DNA from: Azolla caroliniana
Taxonomy: Eukaryota > Plantae > Polypodiophyta
NCBI GenBank assembly: GCA_043228905.1
Contig: JBHGNT010000013.1
Location: 2,418,001-2,482,000, forward strand
Reading direction: 5' to 3'
Length of the DNA stretch: 64,000 nt
Of the stretch, positions 38,092 through 50,749 are shown in pieces. The translations under genes were made by a program, and so were the position numbers. Each line of letters starts with the position of its first letter. Position 1 is the first letter of the stretch. Below the pieces are notes generated by a model that saw only the letters and a program-made list of their open reading frames with translations, was not told the DNA's origin and did no database searches.

Positions 38092-38718
38092 ACATTACGC
38101 ATTACATTATCTAATCCGTTATTCGAAATCCATATAGTACATGTTTGATAGGAGATGTTGTCTCATACCTGTATCAGGTCAATGCCTCAAACCTCATGTT
38201 TCATATACCCCTCCGGTCGCCGAGTGTCCGTAGAGCCCAAAGGCGTTTATTACGCGTCTCGATTACATCGTCATTGGATTGCGTCTTTGTTTAAGATCCG
38301 TTTATGTATGCATATGGATGGGATCACGCGTATGCCTATGCGATGTTATACATGTCCTAGACATGTAGTGTGCATGTTCAGAATTTGTTATACGATATCG
38401 GTATCATATGCATGATGGTGTGTGTTTCGGGGTTTAGGGTCGCGGTGCCCATCCTCGCATTTCTGTGGGGAAGGTGCGGTGACCATCCTTATTTAACGAA
38501 ATTAGTGCTACTACCCTCGGTCGCCCCGATTGTGCCATATGTAAAAATTGCGCAAAGCATGGCCACGGTCGGTGTATGTTGCCTTGGATCATGGTGCCTT
38601 GCCCATTCCCCGCCCATTTAAGGGGAATTAGAGTTAGACCCACTTCTCATTGGGTCGCCCTTAGGAATCCCGCATCGAGTCTCCCGCGTTCGTTACTTGA
38701 TTAGGGGGGCGTCACGAG
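38092..38718 (+). repeat. Direct repeat B, right of the snRNA cassette
   Basis: Copy of 34791-35405; both end ...ggggggcgtcacgag. Confidence 0.93.
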
Positions 38719-39720
38719 TGATTTTGAACGGAAATCCGATGCAGTGCATCGGATTTCCATTGAAAATCCTGTTGAAAATGATCTGTTTTCAACGGGAATC
38801 CGATTCACGTTGAAAACACATCATTTTAAATGGAGAAAATCACAATTTGTTTATTTTTAACACTTTTTTAGAGAAAAATATAAACAAATAAGAAAATTTG
38901 TAAACAAACAAGAAAAAGTGGACTTTCAATGGAAATCCGATGCACTGCATCGGATTTCCGTTGAAAATCCATTTTTTTCAATTCCTATATATTTATTTAT
39001 GATAAAAACAAAAACAATTCAAAACAAATTCAAAATATCTGAAAAATTGGAAACAAATAAGAAAAAATGGATTTTCAATAGAAATCCGATGTAGTGCATC
39101 GGATTTCTGTTGAAAACCCATTTTTTGCAATTTTTATTTATTTATTTATGGGAAAAAATGAAAAACAATTTAAAAAATACAGAAAAATATTTTAAAATAT
39201 GAAAATTTGGTAACAAATAGCAAAAAGTGGACTTTCAATAGAAATCCGATGCAATGCATCGAATTTCCTTTGAAAATTCATTTTTTCAATTTCTATATAG
39301 TTATTTATGAGAAAATAGACAAAAAAAATACCAAAAAAATTCTAAAAACTATGAGAATTTTGAAAAAAATAAGAAAAAGTGGATTTTCTATGGAAATCCG
39401 ATGCAGTGCATCGGATTTCCATTGAAAATCTATTTTTTCAATATTTATTTATTTTTTATAGAAAAAATTCAAAAAAAAAAGCAAATTTGGAAAAAAATAC
39501 GTAAAAATGGACTTTCAAACCAAAATCCGATGCAGTGCATCGGATTTCCGTTGAAAATCCATTTTTTCAATTTTTATTTATTTTTTTATGGGAAAAATAA
39601 AAACAAATTCAAAAACAATTCAAAAAATAAGAAAATTTTCAAAAAAATAAGAGAAATTTGATTTTCAATTGAATCCGATGCACGTAATTGGATTTCCATT
39701 GAAATCTAATTTTTCAATTT
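38719..39720. repeat. Right internal array of palindromic repeats (GAAATCCGATGCA-N-TGCATCGGATTTC) about every 130-200 bp
   Basis: Cores at ~38731, 38932, 39081, 39241, 39393, 39522 and 39671, separated by A/T-tract spacers. Confidence 0.9.
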
Positions 39721-40793
39721 TTATTTATTTATTTACAAGTAAAATAAAAAATGTTTATTTATTTATTTATGGGAAAATGTTTTATTTTTTCAATTTGTAT
39801 TTATTTATGTATTTTCGGGAAATCCATGCAATGTATCATATTTTAGTCTATGTAGCTAGAATTCAATGCAATGCATTAAAATGCAAGAGTATTTTTTTAA
39901 TGGAAATTTTTAAAAAAATTCCAAGACTTACAAGAATCTGATGCATTATATCCAATTCTAGATGTATAGAGTAAAATTCGACATGTTGCGTCAAATCTAG
40001 ATGGAATGAATCGGATTTCTGTACGACATCAAAGGCTTACTATGAGAATCTAAGAAAAATGGAAAACATCTTTAAGACATTTTTTAGATTCTAATGATTT
40101 TGGTAGAAAGCTTCTCTCACATAATCTAATCTTGTAAATGGAAAGTACATAATGAAATATCATAACCAAAAAGTGAGGAGGAGAGATGCATCAAGCACAT
40201 CTACTCTTACATTGGATAATGTTTATATATTTGTGTATGACTTATCTTTGACCAAAACAAGTTATCTGTGACAGACCACAATGAAGATACTAAAAGAGGA
40301 TCTGTAATGTGGCTTCAGACACAACACAAAGACAAACAAGAAGCATGACTCATAAACTCGATGAGGTTGGATTGCAATTGGATCAACACAATGCATTAGT
40401 TGCCATTGATGATGAGGATGAGACCTCATAAACTCGTACTAGTTCATCTAATGGGTATGAAGATGATGACATAAACTTGAAAAATGATTGTCCTGATACG
40501 TTAACTATAAATATTGTATTGCACATCAAGATTTGGATTCAGAATTTCTATAAATATTGGGGTTAGTCATTTTGGACATTCATTTGTAAGTTTGGCATGT
40601 CCATTATTTAGGCATTTTTTTGAACACCTAAATTTCCGTACATGTTAAAAATCAATATATTTTTGGGTCATTTTTAAAATTCCTTTACGCATGTGGCACC
40701 CCTTTTTGTGAATCACCCTAATTTGTGTCATTTTTTGATGGACAGTTCTCAAAATGCGACATATTACCTGTTTCAAATGTCCCGGTGTTCTTA

Positions 40794-43700
40794 GTCGGTG
40801 ATCACGGCTGTGTTCAGATGGGGAATGAAGGAACATGCCGAATTGTCGGCATAGGAGACGTGTGGCTGACAACACCAACCGGATGCAAGTTGCAGTTGAA
40901 GGATGTCCGACACGTTCCGGAGGTTCGTCTGAACCTGGTATCAGCCGGTCGGCTAGATGATGAAGGCTACACGGGTAGCATCCGGAACGGTGTCATGAAG
41001 TTCAGCAAAGGGAGCCTGATTGTGGCTCGGGCCCGGAAGGTCAACACATTGTACCTGATGAATGCCCGGTTATGTCCAGAAGAAGTGAACGTGGCATCCG
41101 ACATTGCCGGTGAGTTGTGGCACAAGAGACTGTGTCATATGAGCGAGAAGGCGATGAAGAGGCTTCCAGACGACAACCTCATTCCAGTGAAGAACATGCA
41201 CTTGGAGAAGTGCACTGATTGTCTGGCCGGTAAGCAAAACCGAACCTCCTTCCGACCAAGGCCACCGATGAGACGTAATGCACCACTGGAGTTGGTGCAT
41301 ACGGGTGTGTGTCAAGTAGACATGAAGTCACATGCCGGAGCGCAGTACTTCGTGACGTTCATAGATGACCACAGCCGGAAGTTGTGGGCCACACCGTTGA
41401 AGACGAAGGATCAGGTGCTATCCATCTTCAAAAAGCTCCACGCGAGAGTGGAAAGAGAAACCGGCCGGAAGTTGAAGGCGGTTCGAGCAGATAACGGAGG
41501 AGAATATTGGGGGCAGTTCGAGGAGTACTACCGCTCAAAGGGAATCTGGCTCGAATTCACCGTGCCGAAGACGCCGGAACTAAACGGACTGGTTGAGAGG
41601 ATGAACCGGACCATAATGGAGAGGGTTCAGAGTATGCTAGCGCATGCAAAACTACCCAAGAAGTTTTGGGCTGAGGCATTGTCGACAACGACATATGTGA
41701 TAAATAGATCACCCTCAGTGCCCTTGGATGGAGACACGCCACAGAGAGTATGGACCGGTAAGGAAGTATCCTACCGGCGTCTGAAGGTGTTCGGGTGCCT
41801 CGCGTACGTGCATGTAGCTAAGGACCGGAGAGGAAAGTTAGATCCAAAGACCCAGCCATGCATATTCCTCGGTTACGGTGACGATGAGTTCGGTTACCGA
41901 GTGTGGGACCTGGTCGACAGGAAGGTATTCCGGAGTCGAGATATTATCTTCATGGAGGACAAGACGCTCGCCGACTGGGAGTCGGAGAAGAAGATAATGA
42001 ACTCTGAGTCGATCGGTAAGGATCGACTCTACGATGAGCAGACCCAACCGGCAAGAGACCGGTTAGTACTCGAGGGACCAACCGATTACAATGAGGATAC
42101 CGAACAGGTTTAAGAAGAAGTAGAGGAAGCTGAAACCGGTACTGGCCAAGACCCCAAATCGGATTCAGATGAAGAGCAAATGGAGGAGCCGGTAACCGAA
42201 GCCCGAAGACGGAGATATCCTCTTAGAGAGAGAAGGGCGCCCCAGAGATTTCCGGATGCAGAGCATGTTCTGCTGACCGATGAGGGGGAGCCGGCAAGCT
42301 TCGAAGAAGCGAAGGATGACACCCACATCCGCAAATGGTTAAGTGCCATGCAGGATGAGATGGATTCCCTGCATGAGAACCATACGTACGAATTCGTGGA
42401 GTTGCCGAAAGGAAAGCGGGCACTCCGAAACAAGTGGGTGTACAAGTTGAAACCGGGAGATGCCGACAACCCCCCAAGATACAAAGCCAGGATCGTGGTG
42501 AAGGGGTTCCAGCAGAAAAAGGGTGTGGACTTTGATGAGATATTTGCCCCGGTAGTAAAGATGACCTCCATCCGGACGGTGCTGAGTATAGCGGCAAGCA
42601 TGGACCTTGAGGTAGAAAGCCTGGATGTGAAGACGACATTCCTTCACGGCGACCTCGAAGAGGAGATCTACATGTAGCAACCGAAGGGATTTGTGGAGAA
42701 AGGGAAGGAGCACCTGGTATGCCGGTTGAAGAAGAGCCTCTATGGGTTGAAGCAGACCCCCCGGCAATGGTACTGGAAGTTCGACTCCTTCATGACTGAT
42801 CAAGGGTACCACAAGACACAGGACGATCACTGCGTGTTTGTGAAGAAGTTCGAAGGAGGCGACTTCCTGATACTCCTTCTGTACGTGGACGACATGTTGA
42901 TCACCGGAGGGGACTAAGCCAAAATACGAATGCTAAAGAAGGCTCTCAACCGGACCTTCTCAATGAAAGACTTGGGTTCGGCAAGACAGATGTTGGGGAT
43001 GTATATTATCCGGAACCGATCAGTGAAGCAATTATGGCTGTCACAAGAGAAGTACGTGAAAAAGGTGCTTCAGCGGTTCAACATGTCAGATGCGAAACCG
43101 ATCGGATCGACACTTCCGGCAAACTACAGGTTATCCGGTAAGCATAGCCCGAAGACGAAAGCAGAGAAGGCGGATATGATGAAGATTCCATATGCCTCTG
43201 CCGTCGGGAGCTTAATGTACGCAATGGTGTGTACCCGACCAGATATAGGATACGCAGTCGGAGTGCTGAGCCGGTTCATGAGCAATCCCGGCAAGGAGCA
43301 CTGGAACGCGGTCAAATGGATACTCCGGTATTTGAAGGGCACTTCAAATATGTGTCTCCGATTCGGCTCCGGAAAACCTCAACTTGACGGTTTCACCGAT
43401 TCGGACATGTCGGCTCATGTGGATACCACCGGTCTACATCCGGGTATGTAATGATAGCTATTTCGTGGCAGTCGAGGCTGCACAAGACAGTTGCGTTGTC
43501 AACCACAGAGGCAGAGTACATGGCGGCTGTGGAAGCCGGCAAGGAAATGTTATGGATGAAGGACTTCATCGGAGAGCTCGGTATCCGGCAAGACGGATAC
43601 CGGCTCTATTGAAACAGTCAAAGTGCCATCCACCTTGCTAAGAATGCGGCCTACCATTCCCGGACGAAGCATATCCAGCGAAGGTATCACTGGATCCGGG

Positions 43701-43845
43701 AAAGAGTAGATGACCAGGAGTTCGCACTGACAAAGATCCACACGGCCGAGAACGGGTCAGATATGTTGACCAAAGTGCTGATACCCGACAAGCTAGATGC
43801 ATGCCGGAAGAGGATCGGACTAGTAAGACACCCCATGCCGGAGTG
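40794..43845 (+). pseudogene. Copia PR/INT/RT/RH of the second tandem unit
   Basis: LWHKRLCH..CTDC, VRADNGGEY, NGLVERMNRT, YGLKQTPRQW, LLYVDDML; in-frame stops. Confidence 0.93.
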
Positions 43846-43957
43846 AAGGGAGAGTTTGTTGGGAGACAGGTCCCTCCGGAACGGAAGAGAGAAGAACAGT
43901 GCTGATGAACATATCCTACTACGGATAGATAATCTGACTACTACGGATAGATAATCT

Positions 43958-44207
43958 TGTGTACACTGTTATGCGCTATAATCTTGTGCAAAACAAGAAT
44001 GACAACAACAACTAAAAGTTTGCCCTAAGTCATATTTATACTAATATGACTTTTCGGCTATTTACAAATATAGCCACAATGGACTCTCGGAAAATATATT
44101 TATGAATATGTCTCTTCATCTGGTAAGCACTCCTCCCTGGGTCTGCACCATCCGGCTCTCCGAAGCCGGGTACTCCTCATCCGGTTCTCACCGTGTCTGC
44201 ACCATCC
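43958..44207 (-). mobile_element. Inverted fragment of the Tork-like LTR
   Basis: Reverse complement of ~31590-31838. Confidence 0.9.
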
Positions 44208-44913
44208 GTAGTAGGACTACTACGGATAGATAATCTAACTGGGGAATTGGAATTAAGTTTCTCACTAGTACTTACTTGATTTACATATCCTTTTGGCCTA
44301 TGCGGGCAGGTGATTGCTATGTGTCCTGGACCACCACAATAGAAACATAGATGGTTTGCTCGACATCGTTGCTTCTTAGTTTTAGATGAACGCCATCTTG
44401 TATCCATTCTCATTCTAATTTAATACATTCATTCTTCTCTTATCATTTCATTCCTCTCTTTTCGTGATCTCTTTATATCGTTCTTCAATAGCTCTATCCT
44501 CTGTCTTGGTTCTGACACATAGAGCCTTTCCAAGAAGCCAACAATTTAGAGCCATTTCAATAAATTGCTCCTCCTTCACTATACAATCTCATTGTATTCA
44601 AACATTGGTGATGACAAAATTTCCTAAACCAACTCCAAGTTTCTTTGAAATCATTATCAGAAATATTCATTTCTGCAACCAAACATCGAGCCTTGTTTGA
44701 AGACTGTAATACTTGATGGAGGCAATGCAATTAACAATCCATGAGATGACTAAATTCAAGCATAAAAACATTCCTCAAGTACAGGAACATGAAATATTAA
44801 AGGTTTTTGCCTTTGTGAAATTTAAAAGCAAGGAAGGACCTACCGTTGTTGATATTATTAAAAAACCTTCAAGCATAATGAGGTGAATAAACCTCAACAA
44901 AATTGGCCAAATT

Positions 44914-44985
44914 GGGGCGTTGCGAGAATCAAACTCGCGGCCTCTCGCACCCAAAGCGAGAATCATACCACTAGACCAAACACCC
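44914..44985 (-). tRNA. tRNA-Pro(TGG), probably a pseudogene copy
   Basis: Duplicate of 11491-11562 with T-loop GTTCGA>GTTTGA (invariant C56 lost) and a C4>T change in the acceptor stem. Confidence 0.85.
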
Positions 44986-46999
44986 ATTGATGATAATGTG
45001 ATAATGATTTTGTTTAATATTTATGTCTTTATACATCACTTTACTCTAAACTCCTTTCTACGTATTAATTTCAAAAGAGCCCCTTTTCTACGTTCTACAT
45101 TTATTGCATACATTGATAGAGATTTATATAAATCCTATTTTACATTACAGCTTGATGAACAACCAATAATACATCTAGGCTATGTAAGATTTAGTTTTGG
45201 CTGACTAAGGACCTTACGGTTTGGTAAGGTTAAGTTTTACACATTTTAAGACATACTAGAACCTTGCTAATGATTAGACAATGTAAGAAATAGTGAGTAT
45301 TTCCTTCCGATTGAAATTTGCAGGAAAAGAATTTATTTGTCATTGCGTATTTAGGATTGATACACAAGATAAACCCAATCACTACTCTCCAAATAAAGAT
45401 ATTTGCTTGAAATTCTAGAACTTACACTATAGGATATTCCCCCACCCATGGTGAGTTTTGATTACATGCCAAATTTCATTCAACCTTGAAGTGATCCCAT
45501 GGAGTAACAATGCCAAATAAATATTAGCGGTTACTTGAAATTTTGAGCTCTTCCTTGTAAACACCAATCTAAGCACTATTGCTCTTCTATCCACATATTT
45601 AAGTGGCCCTACCTTAATGATAGAGTTTGCAACTTCAATCAATTAAACGTACATGTTGGTGTAATGCACAATAAACATATTGCATCATGTAACTAGGAGT
45701 TACGTTTCACTTTACGAGATGGGAATACCCACTTGGATAAAGAAAGGACTTCTTGCCAATACCTTATCAATGATTAAGGGTATGTAGAGCAGGGAACTTT
45801 ACGGGGATTAGTTCTATTGAGTATTGACCTTTACACCACCCCTTAATTATAATACTCAATCAAATGTTGTAGAAGAATACACAAGAATTCTGATTGCAAA
45901 CACATGTCTTGCTACAACGAAAATTGATAAACCATCAACCTCGCTTGCTTGGTGATTAGTTTTCTCTCTACACCATCTTATTATCCTTTGATCACCTTGG
46001 ATTGAATCACACAACCCGATGATAGATGGCAAATGTAGTCCATTATGCTCTCATCAACATGTTGTCAGTTTGTAACTAATTCCTCTCATCTAGGAGTCGA
46101 TGCCCTTCCTTATATAGGCCTAGTATGAGAAACTTCAATGTCTACTCCAGTGTTCATTCTTGCTCCAACCACAACTTTTACTCCAAGAGTTGGCTCTGTC
46201 CCGCTTCGGTTACAACATCCAATTTGTTAGCTAACTCTATCTTTCATCACACTAGTTCGGCCATGAATTTTATTACTCTAGTGACGAAGGGTGCATATGT
46301 GTCTATCCTTGATTCCATGAGGGTCGATGTGTACACGTGGTATTGACCACTCCCTATAATCATCCTACTTTTATTACGAGTGTAGTTACCTCATACTGAG
46401 TTGTTGTGGGTTAATTCACATTAGAAAGAGGGAGAGGATTGAAGACATTCAACTCTACGACTCCTAAGGGATACACTATTCTACACCGAGACTCTGTAGT
46501 GTGGCAACCTCTAGTTGACAATCTCTTGAGTCCTTTTGGCTACCAAGGTACAACCCTCATATGTCCGCCATTGTATAGGACACCAATGGGCATGTGGACC
46601 CATCTCTCACCATTGGTAGGGGATGGTTGGGCGAACGTACACTCTCTTTCTAACCTTCTCTTGAATTATTATTTTCATCTTTTACTTATATAGAATAAAA
46701 ATTCGGTTAAACGTGCCATTCTATTAAAGTACGCCATTCAATTAAACGTGCTTTATTTTGGAGGCCAAAATCTAGATAAAAAAATTACATTGTTTCATGA
46801 AAAAATAACTTCAATCCAAATCAAAACTATATTCCAAACATTCAATTTAATATATTCATTCTTCTCTTATCATTTCATTCCTCTCTTCTTGTGATCTCGT
46901 TATATCTTTCTTCTATCACTTTGTCTTTTGTCTTGGTTCTGACCGTTTGATTCGAATTCCTCTCTCTCCTTTATCCTCCTCTATAAACATCACGAAACC

Positions 47000-47630
47000 A
47001 TGGCTGCCATTAACTCAAAAGAATATCTCACCCTTGTTGTTGAAATGGAGAATCTTAAATCCAAGTTCGCATCTCTTGAATTAGAGAATCAACGTCTTCT
47101 TGGAGATCTACAAAAGGTTACTGTGGAGAAGCAACAACAACAAGAGGAGTTTACGTGACGGGTGCAAGAACTAGATACAACAATCGTAATTTTACAGCAA
47201 CAAAGGGGCGGAGGTCAAGGAATTATCAAGGAGCCCAAAATCAGCCTTCCCGTTAAATTTGATGGTTCGAGGGCGCATTTCCGAGGTTTCTTGAATCAAG
47301 TGCGGTTCGTAATTCAAATGCATCCCACGTGTTATCCGACAGATGCATCTCGAGTTGGGTTAGTGGGAACCTTATTGACTGGCATAGCGTTGTTGTGGTT
47401 TGCTCCATTATTAGAAACAAATTCTCTGCTATTCCATAATTTCGAAGAATTTGTCAAAGAATTTAAGGCTTGCTTTGGAGATACAGAAGGGGCAAGAACC
47501 ACGATCAACAAGATTCGTACACTACGTCAAGGTGATCAGCCAACATCAACATATGTAGCCAATTTTTGTCTCATTGCAAGCGATATTTCTTGGGACGACA
47601 AGCCCTAATTGAGCAGTTTCATTCCGGTCT
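47000..47630 (+). pseudogene. Ty3/Gypsy gag (copy 3), internal stop, truncated
   Basis: Homologous to 1709 and 13787; CGA>TGA stop at ~47156. Confidence 0.85.
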
Positions 47631-47631
47631 T

Positions 47632-48807
47632 CTTATGCCAAGTATTGATGTTCGATTCAATTTTCTGTCCTTTGGTAAACATGGCGGTGCCGACGTCATT
47701 TGTATTGAGGATGAACATCCTCCCTTCTCTGTGCCGTTGCACTATTATCCACCCTTCTTCGTCGATGAAGTAGCTGAGGTGCGTAAACCGCACTTGCATT
47801 CCCTGGTCGACTATTTGTCCGACCGATACCAGGTTCTTTGTCATAGTTGGAACGTGTAATACGTTCATCAACTTTCCCTTTTGTCCGATATGGCTTAAAG
47901 GGACTTCTCCGATATGCACAATCGGGTGAGGGGTGTCGTCTCCGGTTTCGACGATTCCTTGTTGTTCCAGTTTCTCCAAAATGGAGAACTACTCTTTGAG
48001 GCCGCCTTCGTGGACAACATCCGGCTGCCCGATTAAGTGGTCCTCGATCCACTTGCGTGTTTTTCTTCGACCATCAACATTGATTGTAAGTCGAAGAAGG
48101 AAATTGGTTTCTCCGGGTGCAAATTGCCATCCGGATTGGCCTGTACCGTTGTGCTAGACCACCGAGACAAATTTGGACCATCTCGTCTTCGTCCACCGTC
48201 ACATTGATGGACCCGAGCGCGTCACAAATCTCCTTTATCTTAGTGGTATAGTCCGTAACCGACATATCTCTTAGCCAGATGTTGTTCAGGTCTTGTCGGA
48301 GGTGCAACTTATGGGCTGTGGTATTCGTGGCAAAAATCTTCCAAAGATTTTCCCAGGCCTCCTTTAGCATTTTTGCATCCTTGATGTCGCCGAGCATCTG
48401 ATCATGCACATCGGACGCGAGGCATTACAATACTCGGGTCGCTCCTTGCTCCCGAGACGGGAAATCTTTGTGTGCCGGCTCCCGTGCTACCTCATTGGTT
48501 CTTTCCACATAGCTCCAATATCCATGCCCCAGCAGGTACAGGTGCATTTTATATTTCCAACATGCATAGTTGCTCCGGTCGAGCTTTTTTGTCGGAAGTG
48601 AGCTTGCCATTCCTTTGTCCATCTTAGGTTCTCTTCTGTTCTTCACCGGGTGTTAGGGTTTTTCTTCACTAGTCGCTAGTCGGCTGAAGAGGTTCTCAAC
48701 CCTTGCGCTATGATACCATGTAAAAGTTTGCGTGCGGAAGCGTATGCAAAACCGTCTCTACTGGATAGTAACAGTAAAGAGAAGAAGGTTTAATGGAAGC
48801 TTAACAC

Positions 48808-48838
<31 letters not shown>

Positions 48839-48845
48839 CAGAACA
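47632..48845 (-). mobile_element. Copia 5' fragment: partial LTR, degenerate PBS-iMet, gag and protease region
   Basis: gctatgatacca next to tgtaaaag at ~48707-48719; LDRSNYACWKYKM, DEMVQICLGGL, NVLHVPTMTKNLVSVGQ. Confidence 0.88.
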
Positions 48846-48876
48846 TCTAGGAGACAGTGTAGGTGAAAGTTAGCGT

Positions 48877-49570
48877 TGTCGTGCCTTTCAGCGCCCGATC
48901 GTTACATGACTCGGGTGGGAACCATTGGGGTTTTGGACTAGGAAGAGGAAGAATTTGAGACGAGTTTATAGTTATGGATAGATTATTAGAAAGAGAGATA
49001 GAAATTTCGTGAATCCCACGAGTGTATTGTATTCCATTAATCAATATTTAGATAAGAATATGTATTTAGATTGAAAGAAAGAGATTAGAAAGAACTTGTG
49101 AATCCCACACGTATAGATTATGTCGTGAATCCCACGAATATAGTTTGTTAATTGGTGTTTTAGGAAATATATCCAATTTCCAAATAATCCACACACTTAT
49201 TATATTGTGCTCCCCATCCTTATATGGTGATGAGAGAGTCTTCACAATCCATGCTTAAACTTTATGCTTTTCCTATCAATAGACTATATGCTTTATTTAA
49301 CATGCTTTTTCTAAAGTGAACATGCTTTTTCTAATTTGTGCGTTTTTTATTGACTATAGTGATGATGCACGCTACATGTGCATGTGTAGCCTTTTCTTTT
49401 ATCATGCGTTTTTGTAAATTTTATCCTAGCGTGAACTTACGTTTTTATGTGGGACATCTACTTTTTAACACTAATGAAATGCTAGTGAAATGGTAAGACA
49501 TTACATTATTAACATGGAGGTGCAAGGTTTGAATCTTGCCCTATGCATGTAATTCTTATTTTAATATTTT
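48877..49570 (-). mobile_element. LTR of the Trp-primed family inserted just inside a Copia LTR terminus
   Basis: gtgaaagttagcgt joined to tgtcgtgcc; near-identical to 6172-6860. Confidence 0.82.
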
Positions 49571-50748
49571 CTTCTCCGAATCTTGAACCAAATCAGCTTC
49601 CTCCGATTTATTCCAGGTTTTGTCCGAGTTGGTAGTCTCCAACTTGTCTTCCATTTTTAGGCCCTTCACCACATCAGATCACGTCCGTGTCTTGGCCTTC
49701 TTCCGGTCGGCTAGACTGTCCTGCTTGACTCTGCCTCCGTCGCGGCTTGCTCCGACATGTTCGGATGTGGTGACTCCTTCGGTCGGCTCGGGTTCCTTTA
49801 TATGCTCATCTCCCCCCTTGGTTCTTTCTTCCTCTCTGGCTCCTTGTCCGGTGCCATCCATTCCAGTTCCTGCTCTTCCCCTCAAGTGCAGCACATTGAG
49901 ATGTGGAATGCCGAGCAACTTGTTTGATCTGAGCGGCTTGGTGAAGATGTTGGCTACTTACAGATCCGTGTGAACATATCAAAGTCAAACATCACCGCTC
50001 AAAATCGCTCACGCACAAAGTGATCGTGCACTTCTATGTGCTTCGTCCGAGGATAGAGTACAAGGTTCTTGGCGAGCTATATGTTGTTTACGTTGTCACA
50101 ATAAATCAAGATTGGGCTCGGCACCTTGATCAGGAAATCTCACATGAGTCGCCGAAGCCAGATAGCTTCACAGGTGGCAATGGTAGCGCTCGGGTATTCA
50201 AGCTCAGCGCTCGATAGAGCCACTGTTGGCTGCTTTTTGCTGCTCCACGGAACAACCGCACTACCAAGAGAAAACATGTAACCGGAGGTGGATTGGCGAT
50301 CCGATGCATCACCAACCCAATCGGCATCGGTATATCCGACTAGCTTTTTAGCTATACCGTGTCGGTGTAATAGTCCCCAATCCTTCGTGCCGCTAACATA
50401 CCGAAGTATCCAGTGTGCGCAGTAAAGCTGCTCTATGGTCGGCTTTTGCATGAAATAGTTGATCACTTCGACCGGGTAACTGATGTTGGGTCGAGTGATT
50501 GTCAAGTATATGAGGCTTCCAACAATTGGTCGAAACTATTTCTCATCACAGGCAGGGCCGGAGTCGGGACGTAGCTTCAGGTTCCGATCAAGGGTGTGGA
50601 GATCAGTCGACATTCCGTCCTGCCAAACTTGTACAACATATTCAAGACATATTGTCTTCGTGAGAGCAATATGCCATCGGGGGGATCGGATCAGCTCAAT
50701 CCCAAGAAAATAATGACGGTCCCCCAGGTCCGATAACTGTGACTTCAC
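49571..50748 (-). mobile_element. Copia RH/RT fragment
   Basis: YTDADWVGD...STSGYMF...WSSKKQPTVALSS. Confidence 0.88.
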
Positions 50749-50749
50749 T

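Larger units (their letters stand above)
33007..40789. mobile_element. Non-autonomous TIR DNA transposon (~7.8 kb) carrying U2 and U1 snRNA genes
   Basis: 37-bp TIRs 33007-33043 (aacaccgggtcatttgaaacaggtaatatgtcgcatt) and 40753-40789 with 1 mismatch; flanking direct repeat CTTA (33003-33006 / 40790-40793); removing the element restores the Copia frame. Confidence 0.93.
29995..43913 (+). mobile_element. Tnt1/Tork-like Copia in tandem LTR-internal-LTR-internal-LTR arrangement, hosting the TIR transposon
   Basis: LTR start tgttgggagaca at 29995 (truncated), 31486 (complete, to 31997) and 43857 (truncated); PPT gaagggagag before the latter two; PBS-iMet at 32000-32011; RH ENGSDMLTK. Confidence 0.9.

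Noticed and set aside
38719-39720. CRISPR-like appearance (palindromic repeats with spacers)
   Set aside because: Spacers are long, variable, low-complexity and mutually similar; plant nuclear context with no cas genes.
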